A stretch of 64,000 bases of DNA. Origin: a virus. The stretch lies in the IMG/VR virus record IMGVR_UViG_3300009370_000009, positions 1-64,000 of that record; one strand, written 5' to 3'. Below are positions 26,605 to 37,268 of this stretch, piece after piece. Below the pieces are notes generated by a model. That model was not told where the DNA came from and did not search any database. It saw nothing but the letters and a program-made list of their open reading frames with translations. Position numbers and translations under genes: made by a program. The number at the start of each line of letters is the position of its first letter. Positions within the stretch are counted from its first letter, which is position 1.

Positions 26605-29388
26605 ATGGCTACAGCTTTTAATGACGGCTATAATTCGTTTACTCATCCGTTAACTTATTCATTCACTGGTACTACTCGAGAGATTGAGAGTGGCGCCATA
26701 ACTATTTCAGCGTCTGGTTCTGCTGTCACTGCTGCAACGTTGGTGGAGCATCTTGCTGCTGCGGTTATTGGTGCAGGTTCTGCTGTTATTGCGGCTTATG
26801 GTGAGCGGGTTGGCGTTTGTCAGATGTCGGGTTCTGGGTCTGTTTCTTGTGCGGCATCTAAGGTTGCTGTGGCTAGTTCTGCGGTGTCTGGTGCTGGTTC
26901 TGTTTCGGCTACGGGTATTGAGGAGTTGTTGGCTTCTTCGTCGCCGTCTGGTTCAGGTTCTGTGTCTGCGACGGCTTATGAGATAATCCATGCTTCTGTG
27001 GCGATTTCTGGTACGGGTTCGTCGGTTACGGTTGGTATTGAAGAGTTGTTGCCGACGGTTGCGTTGTCTGGTTCGGGGTCGGTGTCGTGTTCTGCGATGG
27101 AGATTCTGTTTGGTTCTGTTGCTATTTCTGGTACGGGTTCTTCTGTTACTGTTGGCATAGAGGAGTTGTTGCCAACGGTTACTATGTCTGGGACTGGTAC
27201 TTTGTCGTGTACTGGTATAGAGGTTCTTCTGGGTGCTGCATCGTTGTCTTGTTCGGGTTCTGCTGTTACTGTTGCTATTGAAGAGTTGTTGCCAACTGTG
27301 ACTTTGGCTGGGGCGGGCACTGTGTCTGCTACTGCAACGCCTATATTGTTCGCGTCTGCTGCTGTTTCGGGAGCCGGGGCGGTGTCGGCGTCTGCTGTTG
27401 AAATCTTGTATGCTTCTGCGGCACTATCTTGTTCTGGTTCTGCTGTATCTGTCGGGATGGAGGAACTGCTACCAGAGATTACTTTGTCTGGAACGGGTAC
27501 GCTTTCAGTTTCGCATTCTGGCATCCAGTATGCTTCGGCGGCTATTTCCGGGTCTGGTACTGCGGTGTCGGTTGCTGGTCTGATTGAATATGCTTCTTCT
27601 GCGATAATCGGTGTTGGTTCTACTCTGTCGGTGGCAATCGAGGTATTGCTTGATTCGACAACACTTGCCTGTACTGGAACTCTGTCAGCGACTGGTACGG
27701 AAGTTCTGCATGGCGCTTCAGCGGTTTCTGGTTCTGGTTCTGTGTCGTGCGTTCCGTTGGTGTTTAATGCTGGCGCTGTTGTATTGTCTGGATCTGGTTC
27801 TGTTGATGCGGATTATGGTACTGGTTTGTTCGCCAGTGCGGCTTTGGCTGGAAGTGGTTCTGCTGTTTCTGCAGCCGGTTTGATAGAGCATCTGGCTTCT
27901 GCTCTTGTTGGTGCTGGTTCTTCGTTTATTGCTGCTATGGGGATACGATTTGGTAATGCAACTGTTACTGCAAGCGGTAGTGTTGCTGCTACTGGAACAG
28001 AGATCAATCACCGTTCAGTTGCTGTGTCTGGGTCTGGTACGTTGTCTTGCGTTTCGCATGCTGTTAGACCTGGGTATCCTTCGGTTTTGGCCGGTTCTGG
28101 TTCTACTGCTGCTGTTGGTCGGGAAGAACTTCTGGGTGTGTCTGCGTCTAGTGGTTCTGGTAGCGTGTCGGGGACTTCGTATAAGATTAGGTATCTGTCG
28201 ATATCTATATCTGCTACTGGTTCGTCTCTGGCGGCGGGTAGGGAGGTTTTGTTTAATACTTCGGCTCAGTCTGGTATCGGATCTTTGGCTGCTGCCCCTG
28301 TTGTTGTCAAGAGTTTGAGTGCTGCTATATCTGGTAGTGGTTCGGTTGCAACTGATTATACCAGGCATGCTTTGTCAAGTTCTGCGTTCTCTGGTGCTGG
28401 ATCTGTTTCTTCTTCTGGTACTGAGGTGTTGTTTGGTAGTGTTGCTCCTATATCTGTTGGTTCTACGGCTACGGTTGGGAGTGAGGTGCTGTTAGCTACT
28501 TCTACGATATCGGGTGCCGGTTCTGTTTCTGTTACTGGTACGGAGGTTGTGTTTGCCAGTGCGTCGTTGTCTGGTTCTGGCACCGTTCCTGATGTTGCGT
28601 GCAGCAAGATTGCTGTTGGGTCTTCTGGCCCTGTTGCGGGTTCTGGTTTGGTTGCGGTTATCGCTAGGGAAGTTTTGTTGGTGGCGAAGGAGTTGTCTGG
28701 GTCTGGTTCTGTTCCTGCTGTGTCATCAACGGCGGATCGGATAGTTGATCCTCCAGCCATGTCGGGTGCAGGAGCCGTGACTGCTGTTGGGGAGATTCAG
28801 ATTGTGGCTTCTCCTACGTTGTCTGGTTCTGGATCGATTAGTGTTGTGGTTACTCAGATTGGGAGAGCGGTTCTTAGTGCTGATAGAAGCAAAGTTGGTG
28901 TGATGGATGATTGGCTGTACCTTATGCGTCTTGATAATAATCCTATAACTGAGCAAAATAGGAAATTTGGGATTTCTGAAAAGTTTAATTCTGTGTCTAC
29001 GGTTAGTAGGGCAGATGGGAATACTAACAGGTTTTTCCCAACAGATTACAATAAGAAGGTATTTAAGTTTACTTGGAAGTTTATAGCAAACGACAAGCAG
29101 GGTAATTTCGATTTCTTGAATGGGCGTGATTATTTGAAGTCTGTTGCTGATGCCGATTCGATTCATACTCTTGGTTTGCGTAGTGCAACGAGTTCGGTAT
29201 TTGATGCTGATGGGGATTACAGTGTTGTGGTAAAATCATATAGTGAGAATCTTGTCCGTAGGGCGGTTGTTACTGATACTGTTGATGGTGTTGTGTCTGA
29301 TGATGCTGAGATTGGGACGCCGTTGAATAGTGATAGTAAGTATGGTAAATATTTTTGGGATGTTACTATGGAGTTTGAAGAGGTATGA
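26605..29388 (+). CDS. Fibre-like protein: ~20-aa SGSGSV repeats fused to a C-terminal Dit-like paralog domain
   Basis: About 35 repeats such as EELLPTVALSGSGSVSCSAM; the C-terminal ~160 aa aligns with 26128..26604. Confidence 0.7.
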   Translation: MATAFNDGYNSFTHPLTYSFTGTTREIESGAITISASGSAVTAATLVEHLAAAVIGAGSAVIAAYGERVGVCQMSGSGSVSCAASKVAVASSAVSGAGSVSATGIEELLASSSPSGSGSVSATAYEIIHASVAISGTGSSVTVGIEELLPTVALSGSGSVSCSAMEILFGSVAISGTGSSVTVGIEELLPTVTMSGTGTLSCTGIEVLLGAASLSCSGSAVTVAIEELLPTVTLAGAGTVSATATPILFASAAVSGAGAVSASAVEILYASAALSCSGSAVSVGMEELLPEITLSGTGTLSVSHSGIQYASAAISGSGTAVSVAGLIEYASSAIIGVGSTLSVAIEVLLDSTTLACTGTLSATGTEVLHGASAVSGSGSVSCVPLVFNAGAVVLSGSGSVDADYGTGLFASAALAGSGSAVSAAGLIEHLASALVGAGSSFIAAMGIRFGNATVTASGSVAATGTEINHRSVAVSGSGTLSCVSHAVRPGYPSVLAGSGSTAAVGREELLGVSASSGSGSVSGTSYKIRYLSISISATGSSLAAGREVLFNTSAQSGIGSLAAAPVVVKSLSAAISGSGSVATDYTRHALSSSAFSGAGSVSSSGTEVLFGSVAPISVGSTATVGSEVLLATSTISGAGSVSVTGTEVVFASASLSGSGTVPDVACSKIAVGSSGPVAGSGLVAVIAREVLLVAKELSGSGSVPAVSSTADRIVDPPAMSGAGAVTAVGEIQIVASPTLSGSGSISVVVTQIGRAVLSADRSKVGVMDDWLYLMRLDNNPITEQNRKFGISEKFNSVSTVSRADGNTNRFFPTDYNKKVFKFTWKFIANDKQGNFDFLNGRDYLKSVADADSIHTLGLRSATSSVFDADGDYSVVVKSYSENLVRRAVVTDTVDGVVSDDAEIGTPLNSDSKYGKYFWDVTMEFEEV

Positions 29389-32300
29389 TTACTGTAAATG
29401 ACCAGGGGACAGCGTTGAGTTCTGCTTTCGATACGGCTACGGCGTCGGGGGTTCAGCAGGTTTTGCCTAAGATTATTGCTGAGTGGAGGAATTCTAAGAC
29501 TTTAGATAATGTTGCTGTGACTGTTACGCCTTCGTCGGAGGATTATACTGATTCTGAGAAGGCGGATGGGGAGGTTGGAGATTATTTTGATGGTAGGCAG
29601 GTCACTAATGGGTGGAATAGGCAGGCTACAACTTGGGCTGTTGCCGGCGATAAGGATGTTGATGGTTTAACGATTCGTGCTGATGGCACATGGCATGCGA
29701 TGCCGGAAAAGAATGATGGGGCGACAGAGTTTGGTTGGCGTGCGAAGAATGCTACTAACTCGTCTGGCGTGTATTCAACTGAGCCGGTTGTAACAATGAC
29801 TTTTGATCAGGAAAAAATAAACTATATTGATGTTTATACTTCTGAGTATTCTGGCGCTGTCAAAGAGTATACTTTGCAATATAAGGATTCAAACGGAACT
29901 TATCAGAATGTTGTTACGAACCATGTTTTATCTAAGGGCACTCACACTTATAGGCACACGCTGAATTCTGGTAACACGCTGGATGTGCAGGGAGTTAAAC
30001 TGACAGTACATAAGACTCAGAATGGATCAGATCACGCAAGGATTAATGAAATAAATCCTGTATATGAAACAGATATTAGTGATAAGGTTGTAAGTTGCAG
30101 CACTGCAAAGAATAGGGAGATACATGATACTACTTTGCCTTTGGGTGGGATTGCAGCTAATGAGTTTTCTATGACGTTGGATAATCACGATCATAGTTTT
30201 ACTATTGGTAATAATAAGTTGTATGGCGGTTATATAAATAAAGATGTTAAGTTTACTATTTCTATGGGTTGGAGGACTTCTGAGAATCCTGATGTTTTTG
30301 AATATGTAAATTGTGGTACTTACTGGGCTGATGAGTGGAAGCAGTCTAGTAATATGACGATGGAGGTTAGGGCTAGAGATTTTACTAGGTTCATGACTGA
30401 TGTGGCTATTGATGGTGGGTTTATTGTTGAAAACTCTGATGCGGGTGCTGCTCTGAGAACTCTGGTGACGCAGAAGAACTTCCCACGGGCTGACTTCCAG
30501 TCTCTGTATCCGTATCGAAAGGCGGTTAGGGAGGATGGGGCGATTGCCCACTTCCGCTTCTCAGAGGGGGTCGGTGACGGGACCGCGAGCGGTACAGACT
30601 CCATTACCCCCTCTAATGGCCTCGTAGCCCGCTGGTGGGCCTTACAGGAGGTCTCAGAGCATATTATGGAGGTCCAGAAGGCGCAGAATCCTGACACGTT
30701 GGTGTTCCAGACTCAGATTCCGTCCCTTTCGGGGAGGGAGTTGATTGACTACACTAGGTCACCGAATGTAACTGAAAATAGTTTGGAAAATGCTGCGACA
30801 ACTAATAATGCCATAGATTTCGATAACCGAACGATAGGCGGGCAGACAGATTATTATCATGCCGTATTCGATGGATTTTTCATTCCTCCAAGTAGTAACA
30901 ATTATCAGTTTAAAGTCACTGTCGCTAATGGCGGGTTTAGGTTGTATATTGGGGGAAATTCGTCTAGAACGATATACGAGTCTGGTAAGGGAAGCGAGAC
31001 TTTGCGTAGGGATATGGATACGCATAAGGGCTATTTGAGATTGGACAAGTTGTTCAAGTCGTCTGATAATTATACTACTGATAGTATTTATCTTTATGCT
31101 GGGCGACCTGTACCTATTAGGGTTGAGGCTTTTCATGCTGATGGTACATTTGATTTCAAGGTAGAGCGCAATATTGGTGGCGGTTCTTTTTCGGCAATTA
31201 CGAATACGGAGACTAGGACTGAGGTTGCATTTGACGTTATTGGATCTAGGAATGATTTCGTTGCCACTAATAACTATTCGTCAGATATTAGAAATCATGG
31301 CACATATTCTGGTGATCCGTTGCTTCGCAAACCTGGTGGTTTAACTTCGGATCGGGAAGATCATGCTGTTCAGTTTGATCATACTAGTGGAAGCGACGAT
31401 TATGTTACTATTCCATATGACTTATCTCTTGACCTTACCAATAATACTAGTAGCAACTATACTGGCGAGTTTAGTCTTGAAGCATATGTAAACTTTACTG
31501 CATTTGTATCGGGTCAAGGTGTTTATGCCGGCAATATGGATAATGCAACATCTGGTACTGGGACTAAGGGTGTTGGGTTGTATTGGAAGAGTTCGAGTCG
31601 TGGGGTTAAGTTTATCAATAGTTCAGGGACGATGCATCAGGCATCTGTTACTGCGGCTGGGGCAATAGATAGCTGGGTTCACGTTGTCGCTACATACGAT
31701 GGTACAGATTTAAAGTATTATGAGAATGGGGTCTTGAAGGATACGGCGACGAGCGTTGGCGCCCCGGCAGGTTGGTCTAGTCAGGATTTCTTGCTTGGTA
31801 AGCATACTTATGGGTCTACAAGCACTACTCATTTCCGTGGGTATTTCGATGAGTTTGCTATTTACCGAAAGGCGCTGACGGCAGATCAGGTGCGGGATCA
31901 TTATTATATTACCACTATGTCTGAGTTGAGGATTCATCCGTATCTGTTTGGCAATCAGAATGCTTTTGAGATTGCAGGTCAGATTGCTACTGGTGATTTG
32001 GGCATGTTTTATTTCGATGAGTTTGGGAAGTTCAGGTACGATCACTTCTATAGACTTCACGAGGCAGCCATTACGGATCACGCTGTGTCTCAGGCCACTC
32101 TGAGCGATTCTTCTAATATTGAGAATGCGGAGAGGCGTATCGAATTGCTTGCGAATAAGGTTACAGTGGTAGTTAATCCTACTATCAAAAAGAATATAGG
32201 AATTAACTCGTTGTGGAGGGCGCCTAATAATCATAGTGTTACAGTTACGAAACTTGCTAGCGATCCGTTATCTGCTTCTGCCACTCAAATGTTGGTTGAT

Positions 32301-33059
32301 AATATCTCAGATCCACCGTGGCCGGAAAAGGGGTATGTGAAAATAAATTCAGAAATTATTAAGTATGATTCGACTACTGGAAGCCAGTTGTTAGAACTTA
32401 CTAGGGGCCAGTTTGGAACTACTGCTGCTGAACATGCACGACTTTCTATTGTTAGAGAGACGAAGTTTTACCAGTTTGGTTGGACGCAGGCCCCTGCTGT
32501 TGATATTAAAGATCCATTTATTGCTGCTATAGAGTTTGAAAACCCAGATTTGGTTGAAATTGAGAGATTTATTAAAAAACCTTATTCTGGTGAAATAGTT
32601 ATTTCGGCCACAACTGATGTCCCGATTGAATCCAACTCTGGACAAGTAGTGTTGTTGGATGGAAAGAATGAGTACACTGGCGTTGAGTATTTCACCTCTA
32701 TTGCGGGGGTGGCAATTTCTGATGCCGGCGCAACTTCTGAGGTGAATAGCAAGAGTGCTAACTATTCTGATAGTATTAGAAAATACGGTTTGAAAGAGAT
32801 AAAGATAAATAACAGGTTCTTTTCTGATGAGGATTACGCTCAAAGGATAGCTGACTTTCTGATTAGCAAGATGGAAAATGGGTCACCAATATTGGATGTG
32901 AATGTGATATCTATGCCTAGGCTTCAATTGGGTGATCGTGTCACGATTTCTAGCCTAGAGCAGCTTGGGATTTCCAATCGTGACTACTGGGTTATTGAGT
33001 CTAAAATAGAGTATACTGGAGGAGTGAAGCAAAAACTTACTCTTAGGGAGGTTTCCTGA
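29385..33059 (+). CDS. Tail hub/Tal-like protein with discoidin-like, PA14 and LamG insertions
   Basis: PA14-like FDGFFIPP..NNYQF.....GGFRLYI; LamG FSLEAYV...W.HVVATYDG..LKYY.NG...DEFAIY.KALT; C-terminal PRLQLGDRV. Confidence 0.75.
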   Translation: MITVNDQGTALSSAFDTATASGVQQVLPKIIAEWRNSKTLDNVAVTVTPSSEDYTDSEKADGEVGDYFDGRQVTNGWNRQATTWAVAGDKDVDGLTIRADGTWHAMPEKNDGATEFGWRAKNATNSSGVYSTEPVVTMTFDQEKINYIDVYTSEYSGAVKEYTLQYKDSNGTYQNVVTNHVLSKGTHTYRHTLNSGNTLDVQGVKLTVHKTQNGSDHARINEINPVYETDISDKVVSCSTAKNREIHDTTLPLGGIAANEFSMTLDNHDHSFTIGNNKLYGGYINKDVKFTISMGWRTSENPDVFEYVNCGTYWADEWKQSSNMTMEVRARDFTRFMTDVAIDGGFIVENSDAGAALRTLVTQKNFPRADFQSLYPYRKAVREDGAIAHFRFSEGVGDGTASGTDSITPSNGLVARWWALQEVSEHIMEVQKAQNPDTLVFQTQIPSLSGRELIDYTRSPNVTENSLENAATTNNAIDFDNRTIGGQTDYYHAVFDGFFIPPSSNNYQFKVTVANGGFRLYIGGNSSRTIYESGKGSETLRRDMDTHKGYLRLDKLFKSSDNYTTDSIYLYAGRPVPIRVEAFHADGTFDFKVERNIGGGSFSAITNTETRTEVAFDVIGSRNDFVATNNYSSDIRNHGTYSGDPLLRKPGGLTSDREDHAVQFDHTSGSDDYVTIPYDLSLDLTNNTSSNYTGEFSLEAYVNFTAFVSGQGVYAGNMDNATSGTGTKGVGLYWKSSSRGVKFINSSGTMHQASVTAAGAIDSWVHVVATYDGTDLKYYENGVLKDTATSVGAPAGWSSQDFLLGKHTYGSTSTTHFRGYFDEFAIYRKALTADQVRDHYYITTMSELRIHPYLFGNQNAFEIAGQIATGDLGMFYFDEFGKFRYDHFYRLHEAAITDHAVSQATLSDSSNIENAERRIELLANKVTVVVNPTIKKNIGINSLWRAPNNHSVTVTKLASDPLSASATQMLVDNISDPPWPEKGYVKINSEIIKYDSTTGSQLLELTRGQFGTTAAEHARLSIVRETKFYQFGWTQAPAVDIKDPFIAAIEFENPDLVEIERFIKKPYSGEIVISATTDVPIESNSGQVVLLDGKNEYTGVEYFTSIAGVAISDAGATSEVNSKSANYSDSIRKYGLKEIKINNRFFSDEDYAQRIADFLISKMENGSPILDVNVISMPRLQLGDRVTISSLEQLGISNRDYWVIESKIEYTGGVKQKLTLREVS

Positions 33060-36000
33060 TGTCTGAGGGAACTCCCGAAAATAAGGTAACGTATTTTACT
33101 GCCCAGGGCCATAGCCACGATGGAATTAATTCCACTAAGATAGATTTTTCTGGCTATGATTTGTTTGATTTTATAACGGAAGGCGATTTAAAGCGTATCG
33201 TCCTGAACATTGTTGACGATAACCCGTTACGACCTAAGGGCGGGATTATAATAGAACCCCCAGAGGGTGGTGCTGATGGGGTGTTTATTGGCCCAACTGT
33301 ACCTGGCACATTAACTGGCTTGGCATCGACTTGCGAGATAGTTGACGATGGGGCGTCGATCAGGAATGTTACATGGAATAAAGTTCCGGGGGCGTCGTCG
33401 TATATTGTTCAGTTATATAGAAGTATTGATGATGGAGCCAACTATTTGAAAGTTGCGGAAGTCGAAACTTCTATTACGAGCCATTCGTTTGAGCAGGTTC
33501 CGATGGCGAATGTTGCGGATACTAAATATAAATTGATTGCTTATGGTAAGAGTGGAGCGGGAATATCTGGGGGGAACCAAATAATAAGCAATATTTCGGC
33601 TTGTGTTGATACAACTGCGCCGAGTGGACCTAAGTTTGAAGATTCGTCTAGTTCGTCTACTCCGAATATGTTTGTTAGCTTCAAGGGGTTTATAGCGAGG
33701 CTTCAGGAGCAGACTGAGGCAGATACCAAGTGGGGTATCGGCCAGTTTGAATATAGTGTTTCTACGAGCCTGGCATCTGAAGGTCAGTGGGTTTCTAACG
33801 AGGTTAAGAGTGGCCGCCAGACGGGCAGGATTATTACTGCTTCTGGTTTGACTACTGGAACTGCATATTATTTACGGGTCCGTGCTTATGACAATTCTAA
33901 CAATTATAGTCCTTGGACTTATTGGAACGGTCTTGGCGATGACGGGGACGCAACGATGTCAAACGCTGACTCGATTACTCCTGCTAGGATAACAGGAAAT
34001 GCTGATATTGTTGCTAATAGTATTACGGCATCAGAGATCGCTGCGCATACTATAACTGCTGGGGAAATTCAGGCTAACACTATATCGGCTGATCGTCTAC
34101 AGACAACGTTTGCTTTGGTTGACCATACGATTCAATCTAATTCCTATACTGCTGGCGATGAGGGTTGGATGATCCAATATGATGGGACCGCTGAATTTAA
34201 TGGTGCCGTGACGGCTAGGAACTTGACTATTGTTGGCAAGACGAGCGATAGTAATGATTGTTCTATAGAGCTGCAAGCTAGCAATGGCGATCCTTTGTTT
34301 AAGGTAGATCCGAATGGTGATGTAACTGCTAAGGCTGATTTAACGGTAGGGAATTGGACATCGAGTTCTGGGAAGGGCATGAATTGGGACAGTTCGGCTG
34401 GAGAGTTGAGTATTCGTGGTGTTATTGGTATTGTTGGGGGGTGGACGATTGATGCTAGCGCCATGTATGTTGGCAGTCGAACAACTAGTGGATATTCGTC
34501 TTCTGGGATAACATTCTACAGCGGTGGATCGTTACATTCTAAAAACTTTTATATTGACAGTAGCGGAGAAGCACACTTTAGTACATCTGGAAGCGGAACA
34601 GGTGCTAAGTTGGTTATTTCGCCTACAGCCTCAAGTGTGGCTGAACATTCATGGATTCAAGGATATACTGGAAGTGGAAATGAGGCGTATCCTGGGCTGT
34701 TGATCTTCACTACAGATAGCTCAACAGAGTCAGCAGTCTATTTGGCTGCCCCAAGATTTACCACCACAACGAATTTTTCTGGTTTTAAAGCCGTTCATAA
34801 TACAGCTGGTCGGGGGTTTGTTACTATGGGAACTCCTGATAAGCAGAATACATTTATATCAACATCCACTAGCGCCAGTGCTGTTACTAATGTTTTGGGA
34901 TATGGGGGGTTGTCGTTTGCTGAGCATGGAGATCCTGGGGCCGGGGTAGGAAATACTTTGTATCGAAAGAATACTAATGAGTTGTGGTGGAATGATTCTC
35001 GAATTGATGGCGGCTCTACGTATACGTTCTCCTCGCCACTGTCAGAGTCTGGTGGGACGGTCAGCATCGATCTGACTTCTTATATGACGCATTGGAAGGT
35101 TCAAGGGGATGACGCCAGCCCTACAGATATTGGCCCCACTCAGGAGACGTTGACCATCTCTGGGGGCACACATTTAACTTCTGCTAGGGCATCTAATCAG
35201 ATTACGATTAATCACAATTCTGGTGCTGGATCTAATCATATACCTGCAGGGGGAAGCAGCGGGCAGGTATTGGAATATGGTGGTTCCTCCGGTACAGCAC
35301 AATGGGCTTCTGCAAGTGGTGGTGTAACAGATCATGGGGCTTTATCTGGTTTGTCTGACGATGACCACCCCCAGTATCTGAAACTTACCGGGGGCACAAT
35401 GAGTGGTGGTATAACATTCTCTAATGGCAACCACATAACCGGCTCTAGCAGTAGCAACGTCTACTTCCAAGGCGGGTCTAGTGGAACCTCATGGTTGAGG
35501 GCTTACTCTGGAAGTAGCGCCAAGATCAAGTGCGGCAGCGCTGGAGACATCGTTTTTTATGCCTCTCCTAGGCCTAATGGGAACATGTACCACGATCTTG
35601 GGACTTCTAGCCTGTGGTGGAACTACTCGTACCACTACAAGATGGATACTTCTGCGTTGCCCGGTGCTGCTGGTTCCGGTTGGTACATGTGGTTCAACAC
35701 ATCTGACCAGGTGATGAAAACATCGTCATCAGAGCGCATCAAGAAGGACATCGTTACGATTCCGACAACTGAAGCCTTGGACAGAATTAAGGATCTACGG
35801 CCCGTTGAGTTCTCAGCCAAGACAAACCCCAGCGATCTAGTGATAGACGACATGTGGGAGTTCAAGCGTTATAGGGGTTTCATCGCAGAAGAGGCGGCAA
35901 CGGTCGATAAGGACTACGGTTTGTACAACTGGTGGAAGTCGAATGATCCTGATAGCGAGGACTATGACAAGGTGCTGCCCAGCCTCTCGTCTCTACAGAG

Positions 36001-36163
36001 GGAGTGGACTGATGAAGAGGTCGCTGCTTATTATGATCTTGATGAAGCAAGGCCGCAGATGTTTGATCTGCATGCTATTTTGGCTGATTCTGTAGGGGCT
36101 ATACAAGAACTATCAAACAAATTAGAGGCTGCAGAGGCCAGATTGGCTGCTTTGGAAGCCTAA
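33059..36163 (+). CDS. Central tail fibre/spike with FN3 domains and a C-terminal intramolecular chaperone (S74-like)
   Basis: GLTTGTAYYLRVRAYD FN3 motif; ITASEIAAHTITAGEI repeats; SSERIKKDI...L..I..LRPV.F...GFIAEE...AIQEL..KLE. Confidence 0.8.
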   Translation: MSEGTPENKVTYFTAQGHSHDGINSTKIDFSGYDLFDFITEGDLKRIVLNIVDDNPLRPKGGIIIEPPEGGADGVFIGPTVPGTLTGLASTCEIVDDGASIRNVTWNKVPGASSYIVQLYRSIDDGANYLKVAEVETSITSHSFEQVPMANVADTKYKLIAYGKSGAGISGGNQIISNISACVDTTAPSGPKFEDSSSSSTPNMFVSFKGFIARLQEQTEADTKWGIGQFEYSVSTSLASEGQWVSNEVKSGRQTGRIITASGLTTGTAYYLRVRAYDNSNNYSPWTYWNGLGDDGDATMSNADSITPARITGNADIVANSITASEIAAHTITAGEIQANTISADRLQTTFALVDHTIQSNSYTAGDEGWMIQYDGTAEFNGAVTARNLTIVGKTSDSNDCSIELQASNGDPLFKVDPNGDVTAKADLTVGNWTSSSGKGMNWDSSAGELSIRGVIGIVGGWTIDASAMYVGSRTTSGYSSSGITFYSGGSLHSKNFYIDSSGEAHFSTSGSGTGAKLVISPTASSVAEHSWIQGYTGSGNEAYPGLLIFTTDSSTESAVYLAAPRFTTTTNFSGFKAVHNTAGRGFVTMGTPDKQNTFISTSTSASAVTNVLGYGGLSFAEHGDPGAGVGNTLYRKNTNELWWNDSRIDGGSTYTFSSPLSESGGTVSIDLTSYMTHWKVQGDDASPTDIGPTQETLTISGGTHLTSARASNQITINHNSGAGSNHIPAGGSSGQVLEYGGSSGTAQWASASGGVTDHGALSGLSDDDHPQYLKLTGGTMSGGITFSNGNHITGSSSSNVYFQGGSSGTSWLRAYSGSSAKIKCGSAGDIVFYASPRPNGNMYHDLGTSSLWWNYSYHYKMDTSALPGAAGSGWYMWFNTSDQVMKTSSSERIKKDIVTIPTTEALDRIKDLRPVEFSAKTNPSDLVIDDMWEFKRYRGFIAEEAATVDKDYGLYNWWKSNDPDSEDYDKVLPSLSSLQREWTDEEVAAYYDLDEARPQMFDLHAILADSVGAIQELSNKLEAAEARLAALEA

Positions 36164-36184
36164 TAATGGTATAATGGAGATGTC

Positions 36185-36784
36185 ATGGGATATAACACTT
36201 ATTCTACTGTAAGTTGGAGCGACGGCACTCCAATAACGTCAGATCGTTTACAGCAAATGTCGTCAAATTCTGAGGCGATCAAGACTACTACGGATGAGTA
36301 TGCTCAGGGCCTTTTGGCTCATCAGGAGTATGGTACGTCTGGTTCTGCCATTACAGATACTAGTGCGGATAAGGTTATTGGGCTTGATAGTTCTAGTTCT
36401 TGGGATAATAGTGGAGATAATAGAGTAACAATTGGAGCCAATAGATGGCTTAAGATAACCTTTAGCATTTCTGGGGTTGAGTTTACTGATCTTGCTAACG
36501 GAGCGATTGGAGCTGGGTACTATTTTAAGTTAGTTGAAGGTACGGCCAGTTCAGATACTACTGTGGCGCAGTGGTATTTTGCAACACCGGATGAGGATGC
36601 TTCAGACATGAAAACTACTGGAGGTGCTTATACTGTAATGTTGGATAGCGGCGCTACGGGCAAAACGAACGTTGCGTATACAGTATTCATGTCTAGAGAA
36701 AGTGGCGCTACTTCGTACAAAACTCTGGCTTCGAGTACCTCTAAGAAGCAATTGTTTGCTGAAGACTGTGGCAAGAAGGTCTAA
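36185..36784 (+). CDS. Minor tail protein
   Basis: W..GTPITSDRLQQM N-terminus typical of tail-tip accessory proteins; TGGTATAAT at 36167-36175. Confidence 0.55.
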   Translation: MGYNTYSTVSWSDGTPITSDRLQQMSSNSEAIKTTTDEYAQGLLAHQEYGTSGSAITDTSADKVIGLDSSSSWDNSGDNRVTIGANRWLKITFSISGVEFTDLANGAIGAGYYFKLVEGTASSDTTVAQWYFATPDEDASDMKTTGGAYTVMLDSGATGKTNVAYTVFMSRESGATSYKTLASSTSKKQLFAEDCGKKV

Positions 36785-37241
36785 GCAACTTCCCTCTCAG
36801 AGGGGAGAGATTGATTGGCGTGTTGACCATTATTTTGACGGGTCTGCTAATCCAAATTTTGGCGGGGGTAAGTATGTGGATGATAAAGGTTACGTAAGGG
36901 TTTTGCGTCCAGATCATCCTAACGATATTTGCGGCTATGTGTATGAGCATCGTGTAGTTATGGAAGATTTTTTACAGAGATACCTGGAGAGTTGGGAGAC
37001 CGTGCATCATATTAACGAAGAAAAATTGGACAATCGGATAACCAATTTGTATCTGTGTACCGCTCAGGAGCATACTGCTATTCATAGCGAAGGCAGGCGT
37101 TTGACTTGGAAGCATAAGGACAAGTTGAGGGAGACAGCGAGCAAGACTGCTGAGAAGCGTCGGGGGCGTAAGGTGGTGAAGCGTGACCTCTCAGGGAAAT
37201 CTGCCCTAGGTCCGCGTTCCGCGTCGAACGACGGTGTATGA
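36768..37241 (+). CDS. HNH endonuclease
   Basis: GYV.V..PDHP....GYVYEHRVVME..L.R.L...E.VHHINE.K.DNR..NL; GTG start at 36768 chosen. Confidence 0.85.
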   Translation: MARRSKQLPSQRGEIDWRVDHYFDGSANPNFGGGKYVDDKGYVRVLRPDHPNDICGYVYEHRVVMEDFLQRYLESWETVHHINEEKLDNRITNLYLCTAQEHTAIHSEGRRLTWKHKDKLRETASKTAEKRRGRKVVKRDLSGKSALGPRSASNDGV

Positions 37242-37268
37242 TGGTCTGAAGCCATTCACGGAGGACGT

